From NCBI RefSeq assembly GCF_009914755.1, contig NC_060946.1: DNA of 64,000 nucleotides. One strand, 5' to 3'. The notes under the pieces are model-generated. The model had not been told where the DNA came from. It worked only from the letters and a program-made list of their open reading frames with translations, and did not search any database. Position numbers and translations under genes: made by a program. Numbering within the stretch: position 1 is the first letter of the stretch; the number at the start of each line of letters is the position of its first letter. Positions 1 through 16,230 of this stretch are shown here, piece by piece. Source of the DNA: the human T2T-CHM13v2.0 reference genome, Homo sapiens.

Positions 1-453
1 TACTAACCCAATCTCCTTACTTGTTAAAAATCTATTCAGATTTTCTAATTCTTCTCAAGGTTTGGTAATTTTATCTTTCTGGGAATTTGCCCATTTCATC
101 TAGGTTATACAATTTGTTGGCATAAAATTATTCATAATATTCCCTTATAGCCCTTCTTAATCTTAAGGGCATTTGTGATGCCCTCTTTCATTTCTGACTT
201 TAGTAACCTGAGTCTTTTTTTCTTGGTCAGTCTAACTAAAAAGCTTGAAAAGAACAAAGGAGTAACTTTTGATTTTTCTCTATTCTATTTCTATTCTGTA
301 TTGCCACTAAAATCCGTGATTTTTTCTCTTCTGCTTGCTTTGGCTTTAGCTTGCTTTACTCCTCGCTGCCCCTCCCCACCCCCCCCACCCCTTTTTCTTT
401 TACTTTCTTAAAAGGTAAAAGATTTTAGATTTGGTTATTGGCCTGAGCCCTCA

Positions 454-487
<34 letters not shown>

Positions 488-1130
488 TCTCACTCTATGG
501 CCCAGACTGGAGTGCAATGGTGTGACCACAGCTCATGGCAGCTTCCAACTCCTGGGCTCAAGTGATCCTCCTGCCTCAGCCTTGCAAGTCCCTGGGATTA
601 TAGGCACAAGACATTGTGACTGAGATCTCTTATTAATATAAATTTCCTTCTAAGCTCTGCATTTATTGCTTCCCGTAAGTTTTGGTGTTATGTCTTCACT
701 TTAATTCATTCCAAATATTTTCTAATTTCCCTTGTGATTTTCTTTAACCATTCATTATTTATGAGTTTGTTGTTTAATTTCCATATCTGTGAATTTCCCA
801 ACTTTCCTTCTGTTAATAATTTCTCATTTAATTCCCTTGTGAGGGGAGAGCATACTTTGTATGATTTCAATCCTTTTAATTTTATAAGGCTTGTTTTATG
901 GCCTAATACATGGCCTATCTTTGAAAATGTTTTACGGGCACTTGTGAAGAGTATGTATTCTGATGTTCTTGGGTGGAATGTTCTCTAGGTGTCTATAAGG
1001 TCTAGTTGCTTTATAGTGTTAAGTCTTCTATTTCCTTGTTGATCGTCTGCCTGGTAGTTTTATCTATTATTGAAAAGTGGGTATTGCATTTCTCCCTTTA
1101 GTTGTTGCTTTTTATTTCATGTATCTTGCT
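1..1130 (-). mobile_element. Old LINE-1 (L1M-type) fragment, interrupted by an Alu monomer
   Basis: T-rich sequence with antisense-L1 phrases (ctgatgttcttgggtggaatgttctctaggtgtctataaggtctagttg; tttatctattattgaaaagtgggtattg); boundaries approximate. Confidence 0.7.
456..622 (-). mobile_element. Alu monomer (FLAM/AluJ-like) with 30-nt poly(T)
   Basis: poly(T) then ctcactctatggcccagactggagtgcaatgg...ctcaagtgatcctcctgcctcagcc. Confidence 0.8.
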
Positions 1131-1617
1131 TGGTCTTGTTGCTTTTATGGAATTGTTGATTTTCTCAGGTCTTTATCCACTATTCCAGAAGTGCTCCTAC
1201 CCTCGACATCTGATTTGGAGCTTAGAGAATGTGTAAGCTTTTCAGTTAGAATCAATCTTGTTTTATAATATCTTCTAGGCCACAATATCAAGGTTCATAC
1301 ACTGTACAATGATCATATTCATTTTTTCCAGAATTTTCATTTAACAGATCTTAGCATCAGTGACATGTATGAAGAGTAAGGTAAACTTGAAGATAAAAAC
1401 TAATATACTAATGCCCTCTTAGGTTTTTTTGTGTAGTAATTATAGGCACCGTATCTCCGATATCCTCAAACATTACATTTCTCCCAGGCTGTATATTTCA
1501 CCTGAAAATCATAATCATGAAACTATACAGCTGTCAGGATTTTATCTCCACCTAGAATCTATGTAGATGCCAACCCAGTGTACCCTAATATACTCAAGGT
1601 CTCTAAATTATTGGTAG

Positions 1618-1971
1618 AAACGGTCCCTGACTTACAATGAATTGACTTAAGATTTTTCAACTTTACAAAGATGCAAAAGCAGTACCCATTCAGTAGACGC
1701 CATACCTTGAGTAATTATACAACTATTCTGTGTTTCCCTTTCAGTACAGTACTCAATAAACTGCATGAGATATTCAGCATTTTAATATAAGCTGTGTGTT
1801 AGATGATTTTGCCCAACTGTATGCCAACGTAAATGTTCTGAGCAAGTTTTAGGTAGGCTAGGCTAAGCTATGAAGTTCAGTAGGTCAGGTGTAGTAAATG
1901 CATTTTAGGTTTATAATAGTTTCAACTTATGATGAGGGACATAACCTCATCGTAAGCTGAGAAGCATCTAT
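1618..1971 (-). mobile_element. Tigger3a/MER7A-like non-autonomous DNA transposon
   Basis: gatgattttgcccaactgt...gtaggctaggctaagctatga...catcgtaagctgagaagcatct matches the reverse of the remembered Tigger3a consensus. Confidence 0.75.
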
Positions 1972-2653
1972 ACCCGGCCTTATATATTAGGTATTTCACT
2001 TAGATTATTTCGGTTTCTTAAGTGCACACCTGAACATTACTCCTTTCTTTGAAGGTTGGTTTTTCACTACAAAACCAACCTAAAATAAAATCTAAATTGG
2101 GATTTCATTAGTCTCTATGATATAGAACTTTACTCAGTAGCTTATCCTCTAGTCTGTATTCATAAAAAAGCTCTAAGTTGTTCTTTTCATATCAAGTTTA
2201 TCCAATTGTAAATACTAAAAACTTGTTTTGCATTCAGCAGTCTGTGTTTGTCAAGTGTGAGTTTTGCTGGCAAAAAATTCTGAGCCTAAAGCTTAAAACA
2301 ATTATGAAAATAGTTAAGCTGAGTCAGAGACTGAGTGGCTTATTGCTATTATAAACATCTGAAACGTAATATGTTCTTCTGGAAGATTCCAATGAGAGTG
2401 ATTGTAATATCCTTGCCTAATACAACTTGGTGCAAGGACTCTGCATATATAATTATGTAGATAATACAATCCTAGAGTATCTTATTCTACGTGTGTTCAT
2501 GGTTGTCAATATTTGATTCTACCTTTTATTCAAAATATTCTTTTTATTCAAATAGAATTATTTGCAAATAGCTCATATCAATATAGAGACTGGTGTTCAC
2601 TAACAATTGAGACTTAATTTTTTCCAAATCAGCTTAAATCATGATTGACCATG

Positions 2654-3070
2654 TGTTATAGGCTGAACTGTGTCCCCCCAAAATTCATATATTGAAGCCC
2701 TAATCCCCAGTGTGACTTCATTTGGAGATAGGACCAATAAGGAAGTAATTAAGGTTAAATTAGATCATAAGGGTAGGGCCTTGACCACATGTGGGATTAC
2801 TGTCCTTATAAGAAGAGACACCAGAGAGCCCTCTCTCCCTCCCCCTGGCCTGACCTCTGTCTTCACATATGCATTGAGGAAAGATGTGAGAACATAGCTA
2901 GAAGGCAGCTCTCTACATGCCAGGAACAGACTCCTCACTAGAAACCAACTCTGCTGGGCTTTGATCTGGAACTTCCAGCATCCAGAACTGTAAGAAAATA
3001 AATGTTCGTTGTTTAAACTACTCAGCCTGTGATATTGTATTAATAATGGCAGTCTGAGCAAACTAATACA
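2654..3070 (+). mobile_element. MaLR solo LTR (MLT1A/B-like)
   Basis: Starts tgttataggctgaactgtgtcccccca-aaattcatat; internal aaataaatgttcgttgtttaa; ends gcaaactaataca. Confidence 0.8.
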
Positions 3071-3089
3071 CCATGTTTGGCTCTAGAGG

Positions 3090-3450
3090 TACAAAAATGA
3101 ATCAGACCTAAGTCCTATACTTTAGGAGCACACTGTCTAATGAGGAGACACTTTCATGAAAATACAATGCCATAAAAAACTTCTAACTCAGCCTGGGAGC
3201 CCTGGAAGGCTCCCCAGAGCACACATTTGACTAAGGTTTTCAAAGAAGTCCAACTAGGAGAAGAAACAGCAATCCAGGCAGAGAGAATCCTCAGGAAGGA
3301 CTCGGAGGCATTCAAAGGCAGGATGTATTCAGTGAACACTGAGAGGTCAGCGGGCATAGAAGGTGTGAGGGACTGTCAGGACAGAAGGCTGAGTAAACGG
3401 ACCAGGGCAAGATGTCTATGAAGGGCCCTGAGAGCCAATATATAAGAAAA
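3090..3450 (-). mobile_element. LINE-2 fragment
   Basis: Degenerate antisense L2 motifs (ggagcacactgtctaatgaggagac; ggaaggctccccag; tccaggcagagagaa). Confidence 0.5.
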
Positions 3451-3467
3451 CGGTTATTAAACAAAAT

Positions 3468-3832
3468 GTTAGTACTAGGGCTGTCACAGCAAACTACCAT
3501 AGACCTAGTGGCTAAATAACAGAAATTTCTTTTCTCACAGTTCTGGTGGCCAGAAGTCCAAGATCAAAGTGTCAGCAGGGTGGTTCCTTCTAAGGCCTCC
3601 CTCCTCGGCTTGCCGACGCCTCCTCACATGGTCTTCCCTCTGTCCACGCATCTACATCCAAATTCACTCTTCTTAAGACAGGATTCATACTGGGTTAGCG
3701 CTCACCCTAATGACTTTATTTTAACGTAATTACCTTTTTAAGGACCCTGTCTCCAAATGCAATCCCATTCTGAGGTACAGGGATTAGGACTTCAAAAGAT
3801 GAATTTTGGGGGGACACAACCCAGACTCTAGC
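3468..3832 (-). mobile_element. MaLR LTR (MLT1-like)
   Basis: ctcacagttctggtggccagaagtccaagatcaaagtgtcagcaggg...gaattttggggggacacaa. Confidence 0.75.
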
Positions 3833-4825
3833 AAACAACTACCACATGCATAACACAAGTTAAGTTTAAAACATTCACCTCTAGAGAAGTGATTCCTTTT
3901 GGACAACTTTTATACTTTTACCCAATGAACTCCCAGGCTTTTAAAGATTTCATCTGCCAAACTGCATTTATTAGCTTACAACTTCATCATTTTTTTTATT
4001 TTTTTAAATCAAAGACAAAATGTCAATCAAATTTCATCAGCAGGAAACATCTAGAATGATCATACTGAGTTGAAAAAAATGCCAACCAAGAGAAAAAGCT
4101 GACATTCTAATTAAAATGTGAAAACCCGTTGTGGGATAAACATGTGACCAGTGATAAACTTTCTGAAGAAGACCTCCTGAAGCGCACACACCTACAGCTG
4201 CATCCTGTGCGTGTCTGTATTACAGCTCTCAGCATACCGTATTGAAATTCTGTTTCTATGACTGGAGCCCGTCCCACACTCTGAATTTCCTATAGATAGG
4301 GACCATGTCTCACTCATTTTTACATCTCTAGCAGTGTCCCTGTGATAAGCTGTAATGAAGCCATTACTACCTCTTCGTAATCCCCAGAGACCAGAGGAGC
4401 CCAAAGCTGAAAAACACTGCTCGAGGATCTTAAATGTAAATGGGAAGATCACACATGTGTACATATACTCGTGTTCATGTACACACAAACTCCTACTTTA
4501 AATGCCAAGACAATGCACATGAAGAGGGCTCAGAAGAATGATACCGGTGGTGCCAGAGGATTCTGAGGAGGAGCTGATCAAAAGCTGGAGCACTCAGGGA
4601 AGACTTACTGGAGAAGGTGAGATGGGCTTTGGAAGATAAAGTAGAATTTGGATAAACAAAGAAGAGGGAGAAGGCATTCCAGTGAAAAAAATGACATGAG
4701 AAAATTCAGGGACGGAAAGGAAACATTTCATGCTTTTCAGCAATTAAAGATTTTTTTTTTTTTTTTTTCTGAGACAGAGTCTCGCTTTATCACCCAGGCT
4801 GGCATGGCCTAGGGATAGGCCCAAT

Positions 4826-5130
4826 TGTAGTAGGTTAAATAATGACCACCCAAAGATATCAAGTCTTAATCCCAGGAATTTGGAAATGTTACCTTATTTG
4901 AAAAAGAGGTCTCTGCAAATGTGACTTGATCAAGGATCTGCAGATGAGAACACACTGAATTAGCTGGGTGGGTCCTAAATGCCATCACAGTGTCTTTTCA
5001 AGACAGAGGCAAAGGAAGGTAAGGAGACATGGAGAAGATGATGTGAAGGTGGGGGCAGAGACTGGAGTTTCGCAGCCACACGCTCAGGAATGCTGGGGCA
5101 GCCACCAGAAGCTGGAAGAGGCAAGGAAAC
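4826..5130 (+). mobile_element. MaLR LTR fragment (MLT1C/D-like)
   Basis: tgtagtaggttaaataatgaccacccaaagatatc...gccaccagaagctggaagaggcaaggaa. Confidence 0.7.
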
Positions 5131-5198
5131 TACTATAGGGCAAAGTATAAAAAAACACCAATTTATTATTTTATCATTTTGAATCTTATTAGTTTGGC

Positions 5199-5502
<304 letters not shown>

Positions 5503-6035
5503 TGAATTTCTTAACCAGGGCATTCTTTCCCCATACCAGGATACTTGGGAAATGTAATTATTAATGTTTCTAATGTGGTATTATTTTGCTATACAAAGGT
5601 CCTGGGCTCAAATACATTTGTGAAAATATTAAATAGTTCAAACAGCTTTATGTCATAACTTCTTGGCTCCTATGATGATGTGCTTGTGAAGCTCTAAGAC
5701 TGGGGAGATACGACACCCCGAGCCTATTTAACCATGGAATACTTTTACTTCAGAGCATTTCTCAGCACTGGCATTCCATTGGCTATTTTTTGATAAATGC
5801 TGAACTGCAGCAAAGAAAGGAATCGTCTTGAAGAGATTTCACTCAGACCAGGAAGCAGCCTAATAATGAAACGTCCATGACCCACTGAACAGAACACTTC
5901 AGTAGTAACCAAAATCTTTCGTCTCTAGGCTCCTCATCTCTTTCACCTGGACAGGGATGGATTCATATGGCAAAATATTCTTTTCCAAACCCAGTTTATC
6001 TGGTTTTTATTAACAACACCTTCTTCTGATGGCTA

Positions 6036-6298
6036 TTTTTTTTTTTTTTTGGAGCAACAGAGTCTCACTCTATTGCCCAAGCTGGAGTCAATGGTGCGAT
6101 CACAGCTCTCTGCAGCCTCCAACTCCTGGGCTCAGACAATCTTCCCACCTTAGCCTCCCTAGTAGCTAGAACTACAGGCATGTGCTACCATGTGCAGCTA
6201 TTTTTTTTTATTTTTGCAGAGATGGCGTTTTGCTTAGTTGCCTAAGCTGGTTTCAAACATCTAGCCTCAAGCAATCCTGCTGCCTTGGCCTCCCAAAG
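6036..6298 (-). mobile_element. Alu (AluJ-type)
   Basis: poly(T) plus diverged antisense Alu body. Confidence 0.85.
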
Positions 6299-6364
6299 GA
6301 ATTATTTTCTTAAATTTGTTTTTATCATTAGTTAAGCCAGATAGATTTCCCTAATCAACTGGAC

Positions 6365-6790
6365 TTTATTTAGTGGCTACTGAGGCTGCTCTAACAAGTT
6401 ACCACAAACTTGGTGGCTTAAAACAAGAGAAATTTATTCTCTCACAGCTCTGGAGGCTAAAGTTGAAAATCCAGCAGGGCCACGCTCCCTCCAAAGGCTC
6501 TAGGGAGAATCTTTCCTCGCTTCTTCCAGTGTCTGGTGACTCCAGGTGTTCCTTGGCTTATGGCTGCATACCTCCATTCTCTTGCTGTCTTCCCATGGCT
6601 GCCTGCTCTTCCTCCCTTAAGAACACCTGTCCCTGCATTTAGTGTCCACCTGGAAAATCCAGGATCATCTCAAGTTCCTTAATTACATCTATAAAGACCC
6701 TTTTTCCAAATAAGGTTACATTCACCAGTTGAGTGGGTTAGGATGCTGACATATCTTTTGAGGGCCACTAACTATTCAACCCACTACAAC
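6365..6790 (-). mobile_element. MaLR LTR (MLT1C/D-like)
   Basis: taacaagttaccacaaacttggtggcttaaaacaagagaaatttattctctcacagctctggaggct...attcaacccactaca. Confidence 0.75.
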
Positions 6791-6959
6791 CCTGAAAGAG
6801 GTATTAGTGTCGGTCTGCCACCAAGCTCATCTCTGGGTAATTACAAAAGTTTAGACCTGCAAAGTTGAGGGCCAGATCGCAGCCAGTAAACTCATCTGGT
6901 AGTACCTTTCTGCTTCACCATGAACCATCCCCATCACCTCGCTCAACCAAACAGCAGAA

Positions 6960-7620
6960 GTCATTATTTCCATTTTACAGACAGACAAACTGAGGTTCCA
7001 TGAATGTGAGTAAAACCTCCAAGGGCACAGAACTAATCAGTGACAGAACTGGAATTCAGACTTGAGTCTTTATGACTGTGAAATCACACTCTCAACTCCA
7101 TCTCACTATCTTCTGCATTCCTTCTAGGACTATTCGTCTTATCTACTTCTGAGTCACACAAAACACACATAACAGACAACAAACAATATGAGACTTTTCC
7201 AGATGTGTCAAATGTTTTATATCCTGTTTTCCCATTTCTAGTCTTAACACCCCTGGCTCCTTCAGCCTTCACTTAGATGACATGGCTTGTCCCCTTCCCT
7301 TTTCAGTCACATTCTCTAAATCTGTTGCACTTAGTCTGTATGCTTCTTGAAAGAATGTTTCCCAGAGCAGACTAATTATAAACACCAATTTTTATTTAGT
7401 ATTTATGTGCCAGGCTCTGTTTAAAGCATTTCAATTGTATTACTTGAATCTTCAGTAATCCCATTAGCTAGGTTACTATTATTATTCTCCATTTTGGAGA
7501 TGAGGAGACACAGAAGTATCCTGCTCAAAGTCACAATGCTAGGATGTGAAAGACAGTATTAAAATGCAAGCAGCCAATCTCCAGGGCCCTGCATGCTTAG
7601 CCTCTACCCTCTATGCTGCC
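6960..7620. mobile_element. Two MIR fragments (~6960-7080, ~7395-7620)
   Basis: MIR core ccattttacagacagacaaactgaggtt and ccattttggagatgaggagacacag. Confidence 0.6.
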
Positions 7621-7984
7621 TCTCCTTGTGCCTACTACAAGTTTGGTCTCAACTGCTGGGAGTAGAAAAAGGCCATTTCCCTCCTTCTAAATAGTATTCA
7701 ATTAATGCCACCTAAGATCATATCATGGTCATATCGCATATGGGCATCTGGACATTGCTAAATGTGCGCCCAGCACTGATTCCCTTCCTCTTCCTTCTCA
7801 AAAGGATCTCAATTTTGTTCACGTATCTATCCTTCCCCCTCCTGAATTAGGGGATGGCGAATTAGTGGAACCATCCTCAGTGTCAGGGGTACAGCTTGAC
7901 TGGCCTAAGACCTATTCTTAGACTGAAGTTGACCCAAAGAGAACTGAAGGAACACTGACAATTTTCAGAGGGACTCGTACCTCT

Positions 7985-8236
7985 GTGTGTTAGTTAGCTT
8001 GGACTGCTTTAACAAAACACCATAGACTGATGGCTTAAGCAACAGTTTATTTTCTCACAGTCCTGGAGGCTGGCAAGTCAGTTCCTGGTAGTATGCAGAT
8101 GGCCAGCTTCTGGCTGTGTTTTCACATGCCATATGACATCATTTAACCTTAATTACTTTCTTACTCCAAATTCAATCACACTAGGAGTTAGGGTTTCAAC
8201 ATACGAATTCGTGGGGGACACAATTCAGTCCACAGC
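7985..8236 (-). mobile_element. MaLR LTR fragment (MLT1A/MST-like)
   Basis: aacaaaacaccatagactgatggcttaagcaacag...gggggacacaattcagtccacagca. Confidence 0.7.
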
Positions 8237-8739
8237 ATCCTGTAATGTTCTATGACGTAAGCAAGAAGTCAGATGTGTTTGCCTTCTACTCCTGCATTCT
8301 CTGAGAAGGAATCCCAGTCCCAGACTCTTGAACTCTAATTTCACTGAATAGAAGCAATTAACTAGGCTCTGAGGCAGAGGAAGAAAGAGGACCTGGGATG
8401 AAGACTGAAAGGTCACTGATGGCTGGGGAGAGGGAAGAAAGTCTGAAAGGAGAGGCTCAGGCAAGGCAGATTCAATTCCGATAGGCAACTTAGAGAAAAA
8501 TCTTGCCCCTGACCCAAGAAGCTGATGCATCTAACACTAAGACCTCTTTCCCAGTAGAAGTCTGTACTGTCCATCCTTTCAACCACTAATGGTAAAACCA
8601 GGGCAGTATGCCTTTTTAAACTGTACCCTGAAGGTCAGAAATATACTGATTTCAGAAATGTCAAAGGTACATTTTTTAATCACAGAAATGGGGTATTTCC
8701 AATCCCAGCTTTAACTTGGTAAAGCCTTTCCTATTACCC

Positions 8740-9712
<973 letters not shown>

Positions 9713-11515
9713 GGCCCCAGTCTGAAATGGTCTCTCCCCTCCCTTCTCTCAGCTACCATTGGAACTTCATTTGGTATTTAATCAAGCACTGCTTCAATGT
9801 TATCTCGCCCACTAATATCTCACACAGTAAAACTGCTTACTACTTTTTTCCCATCCATTTTTTCTCCTGTCTCCCCAACCAGGTCCTTCACAAAGTCTAT
9901 GAGTATAGGCTTTGCCTTACAAAATATACATCTTGAAATCTTTTGATGGCTGAGCCCTCCAGGCAGAAACCACCTGCTGCCAGGCCATGGGATGTGCTGG
10001 GGGCCAGCCGAAAAGGTCTGCTAAAGTCACAAAACTGAGAAAAAGTATGTGAAAGAGGGTGGAGACGGACAGGAGGAAAGAACTAAGTGCAAGAGAGGGC
10101 CAGACACAAAGGGTAAAGCAGCAAGTAGGTCAACACAGTGAAAGCAATGACAGAGCATGTACAGGCAGACCGAGACCTGGTTTGGTACAAATCTCAAAGA
10201 GAGGGTCTTCCAGTCGTCACTGGTAAACTCAGCTCTTTCCCCACTTTGTATCGATTTACGCAGAGGACATTCAACTGTAAACGGTAACCAGGTTTTAGTC
10301 GCTGGCCAGGGAAGGGGCTCTTAACTCTAAATGCCCCTTCTCCCCAAACACTAGAAGGCATGGAGTTTTTAGGACTAGGTGTGGGACAGGAGAGGAATGT
10401 TAGCATGTGCAAAGTGAGACTCTAAATGTGCACACACAATTCATAAACATACGTCTTCATACATCACATGTACACAAAATGGTGGAGACTTTCTTTTAGG
10501 AGAAGGAATTTTAGCATTATAACGACATGATAATGATCTGAAGCCAACCAGGGGTTGCCTATCCTGTTCCGCTCTGCAGTCTTATCTTCCTCTGGTATCT
10601 GATAAGGGGTCAGGAAGCTCTGGCACCATCCTGGGGCCATCTGGTTTCTTTAAGCAGTTGTGCCTATAAAGGGACTGAAGAAAAATAGTAAGAAAAAGGA
10701 GATTTTCCAGTTATTTCATCCAGCACCCTCCCCCCACCTCTCCACCTCTATAAAACCCATCCATCCTAGGAGGTCATTTAGCTCCAAGATGTGAATGTTT
10801 AATCACTTCTGCTTGCATCGATTTCTCCCTCCTCGGAATGCAGAACAATTTTTGCCCCATCATCATTGACTGGTGACATCTCTTGATGGTTTTATTATTT
10901 AATTGGCTAATTTTGTTCTCAGAAAAAAGATACGCTTTTATAAGCCACAGTATCTTTAAGTTTTTTTACGCACTATATATTGTTACTTTTTTAGTGACCA
11001 TAAAGCCTCAAGAAAAAATAAATAACAGCATTAGAAAACTTAGCCATTACTTTTAATCCTTCTGCACTGAAGCCTAAAATATGAAAAAATGTGAAAAATA
11101 GAAGTTGTGAAAGTTTCTGAGTGTCCAGCAGATTGGAATCTCTAGGACAAAATAAGTCATGTGCTCTGCCCAAAGTCTCGAGGCAATCCAGTTGAATCCC
11201 AGTTTAGTTAAGTCTTTCTTAAAGAGCCAAATGTGTTCATATTGAAAGAGATTCAGTCTAGAATCTATGAATGGGGACAGGGAGTCCCTGACCTCTGGCC
11301 AACATTTCAAAAAGCCTACTGGAAATCATAAATCTAACTCATAATAAAACTGCTCTGGCTAAAACACAGCTCTTTGCTTTTAGCCAGAGTTACAGGAACT
11401 CAGCTCAATATTAGTGGCGGTCTAGAAGCCAAAACCGCCGAATGTCAGTCACACTTTTTTGTTTTTGTTCTTTTAAGCCTCAGTGGGGGTGAAAGTTATA
11501 TTTTTGATCAGTTAA

Positions 11516-12320
<805 letters not shown>

Positions 12321-13441
12321 AGGCAGATAACAGAACATTTCCTGTTTTCATTCCTTAACATTAGGAGCAAAGTGTAGTTCTGTAGGCTTCCTGTTGGGTG
12401 TTTTCTGGTAAATCGTAACAGGAATGACTCCAGGTCGAGGTTTAAGCCTACCTAAAATGAAGGCCAGAACACAGCTAGAACACAGCAATATTATCTTGCC
12501 ATTTTCTTTGCTAGGTTAAACTGGGCTTGAATGATCTGAGACATTTATGACCTGATCACTGTGGCAAAACTGATACAAAGCTGGCTCCTGGCATGGACCT
12601 CTAACAGCAGAAAGAAAGGCAGGATCACATCACCATGGACTCATTTGGAATCAGGTAAAGTAGGTAAACTGACATGTCTGGGTATTTATTTACTGAACAT
12701 GATGACAATGACCCAGCCTAACAACCATCACAGTCCTTTGGCTCTCAGGGGTTAAGCAAATTGAAAGGGATTTTTGAAAGGCAGAGTATAGGAAAAAAGG
12801 GCTAACACCTTTGGAGGAGTATTTCATAACATGAGACTTGAGCTTCATTAAAAGGAAGTAGCCAAATTCAATGGAGGTAGATGTCTGCGTGCAAAGTGCC
12901 TCCATTCTTCTGAGTTATAGCCAGTTTAAAGTTGTCATTTTAGCCAGCAATGAAATCCATCCAGTAAGGCGCAAGACAGCTACAGTGCTATCATATACAT
13001 AAATCTTTTTTATTTGCATTAGAAAGGCATCAGTTATTTCAATGCTACAATGTGTAATTAAGTAAATGTGTTAATCATTTGGCTTACCCTTACAATACTG
13101 TATTATTCCAAGAATGAAAGTTCTGATTTTAACTAAGCCACAATTCAATGTTGAGTACAAGAAAGTCTACCTCTACCTAAGCTGCCTCTATCCCTGACAT
13201 GGTCACAACCTAGAGATCAAGCAGCCAGTTTGTCAGAGGCATTGGAACCAGAGCAATTCCATCTTGAAGAGGCAGTAGGTAAAATCAGGCAGAGACCTGT
13301 TGGCTGCATTCTTAGTAGTCACAAGATGTTTAGGGTTACAGGAACAGATTAATAACGTTCACTAAACAAACCCAGGACTTAACAGACCCAGGAAACATTT
13401 TGATGTCGCTGTATCTGTTAGTCCAAACTGCACCATTTTCT

Positions 13442-13745
13442 TTCTTTCTTTTTTTTTTTTTTTTGAGATGGAGTCTCGCTCTGTTGCCCAGGCGGGAGTG
13501 CAGTGGGGCAATCTCAGCTCACTGCAAGCTCCGCCTCCTGGGTTCACGCCATTCTCCTGCCTCAGCCTCCTGAGTAGCTGGGACTACAGGCACCCGCTAC
13601 CACGCCCGGCTAATTTTTTGTATTTTTAGTAGAGATAGGGTTTCACCATGTTGGCCAGGATGGTCTCGATCTCTTGACCTTGTGATCCACCCGCCTCAGC
13701 CTCCCAAAGTGCTGGGATTACAGGCGTGAGCCACCACGCCCTGCC
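13442..13745 (-). mobile_element. AluY
   Basis: gcaagctccgcctcctgggttcacgccattctcc diagnostic; 17-bp TSD aaactgcaccattttct at 13425-13441 and 13746-13762. Confidence 0.9.
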
Positions 13746-14139
13746 AAACTGCACCATTTTCTAAGCCCCCCGCCATTTCGCAGACACTGGTCAAAGTGAA
13801 ACATTCCACGGGGGTTCAGGCCGTGAGAAATTTCCTGCCCAACTTTCTTACGAAACCCCGTTGGGTAAAGGCCCAATTGAAGGAACATCCCTATCAAACC
13901 TTGCTCAGCAAAGGTGCAAGGAACATCACTGTCACTTTCTGAGGGAACAAGGGCCAAACTGCCTGATCATAGAACGTTTTATGGATAGATATACTGGTAA
14001 GTATATTCACATGGCAAGCCATACTGCCCATTCCCCTCCTGCCCTATAAGTACCCCAGCCTGTAAGCAGCAGTGGGCTCTGGCATTAAGCTGATCCCCCA
14101 TCTCTGTAGGTTTTTGCCATATACCTGTGTTGCTGTTGA

Positions 14140-14535
<396 letters not shown>

Positions 14536-14601
14536 TAGGTTTCGCTTTAAAGATAATATAGATCTTTGCCAAAGTCAGTAAACAAAGATGAACAATCCTT
14601 G

Positions 14602-15036
14602 TGTCAGGCCTCTGAGCCCAAGCCAAGCCATCGCATCCCCTGTGACTTGTACGTATACGCCCAGATGGCCTGAAGTAACTGAAGAATCACAAAAGAAGTG
14701 AAAAGGCCCTGCCCCACCTTAACTGATGACATTCCACCATCGTGATTTGTTCCTGCCCAACCTTAACTAAGTGATTAACCCTGTGAATTTCCTTCTCCTG
14801 GCTCAGAAGCTCCCCCACTGAGCACCTTGTGACCCCCCACCCCTGCCCACCAGAGAACAACCCCCTTTGACTGTAATTTTCCATTACCTTCCCAAATCCT
14901 ATAAAACGGCCCCACCCCTATCTCCCTTCGCTGACTGTCTTTTTGGACTCAGCCCGCCTGCACCCAGGTGAAATAAACAGCCATGTTGCTCACACAAATC
15001 CTGTTTGGTGGTCTCTTCACACGGACTCGCATGAAA
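14602..15036 (+). mobile_element. HERV-H solo LTR (LTR7 family, LTR7Y/B-like)
   Basis: Starts tgtcaggcctctgagcccaagccaagcc; ends gtctcttcacacggactcgcatgaaa; perfect 5-bp TSD ccttg (14597-14601, 15037-15041); TATAAAA 14900-14906; AATAAA 14972-14977. Confidence 0.92.
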
Positions 15037-15373
15037 CCTTGGTCGTGGGCCCTCGTGGTAGAGCCCATGTCCCCCAAGATTTCTTTGGCTGTGTTACCTT
15101 AGATTTGAACAAGCACTGTACCTAAGGCGGGCGCCTTCCTCCTCCCGCTTTCAGGAATGCCCTGCTCTGCCATTCTTTTGCTTTCTCACTTCTCTAATAC
15201 ACTTGCTTTCACTTTAGTCCGTGGACTCGCCCCGAATTCTTTCCTACGCGACATCCAAGAAGCCTCTCGCTGGGTCTGAGTGGAGACCTCTTTCTGGTAA
15301 TAAACGGACTAGGGAGATTCGACTTTGAAGGTGAAAACAAAAACCACCATCCAGTTTATAAGAAGGCGCTCGA

Positions 15374-15690
<317 letters not shown>

Positions 15691-16010
15691 GGGCGGCACT
15701 GGAAACAGCTGGGAGTGACAGGGCCAGGGATGAGGGATCGCAAGCTGCTGGTGAGAAAGGAGCTCAGAGGCTGCCTGGCCTACGGGCCAGGAGACCTCAG
15801 CGCAGAAAGCGCAGGACTCGTTCCCCTGCTCTACAGCTGAGTGCCCAGGACGGATCTCACTGGCTGAAAAAAACAGAAGAGAAGGCACCCAATGCAAAAT
15901 CAAATGTCAGCGAACGAGGGGTCCTTTAACAGGCGGCCCACACGGCCCCTCCTGGCGCCGAGACCCAGCCCCTCCGGGCCACCCCGGCCAGGTACGACCA
16001 GCAGGGTCAC

Positions 16011-16230
16011 CTGCGCGCGTCCCCCGAGACGGGGCCTCCTGATGTGAAGCGACCCCAGTGGCACCTCACACGATTCCCGAGGGTTGCGGGCGGCCTCTCC
16101 TCAGCCCTGCAGCTCCCACACGCGGACACCGCGGGCCTCGGCCATGTCCACTGACCGACCTTCCTCGCCGGAACTCCTCGCGCATCGCCGGCCCCTCAGC
16201 GGCGACTAGCGCGCGAACATCCTGGAAGAC
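16011..16230 (-). ncRNA. NUP50-DT: Probable first exon of the NUP50 divergent lncRNA (5' end approximate)
   Basis: Minus-strand donor CAG|GTGACC at 16011/16010 on the upstream flank of the CpG island; a divergent lncRNA is known at this locus (recalled, not derived from the sequence). Confidence 0.5.

Noticed and set aside
10170-10718. Possible additional ERV LTR on the minus strand
   Set aside because: LTR-like texture and a TG start, but I could not assign a family or find a TSD, so it is not listed as a feature.
15140-15165. Interferon-responsive GAS site in MER41
   Set aside because: Only tttcaggaa is present, not TTCnnnGAA, and the element looks like a C/D-type rather than the STAT1-bound MER41B.
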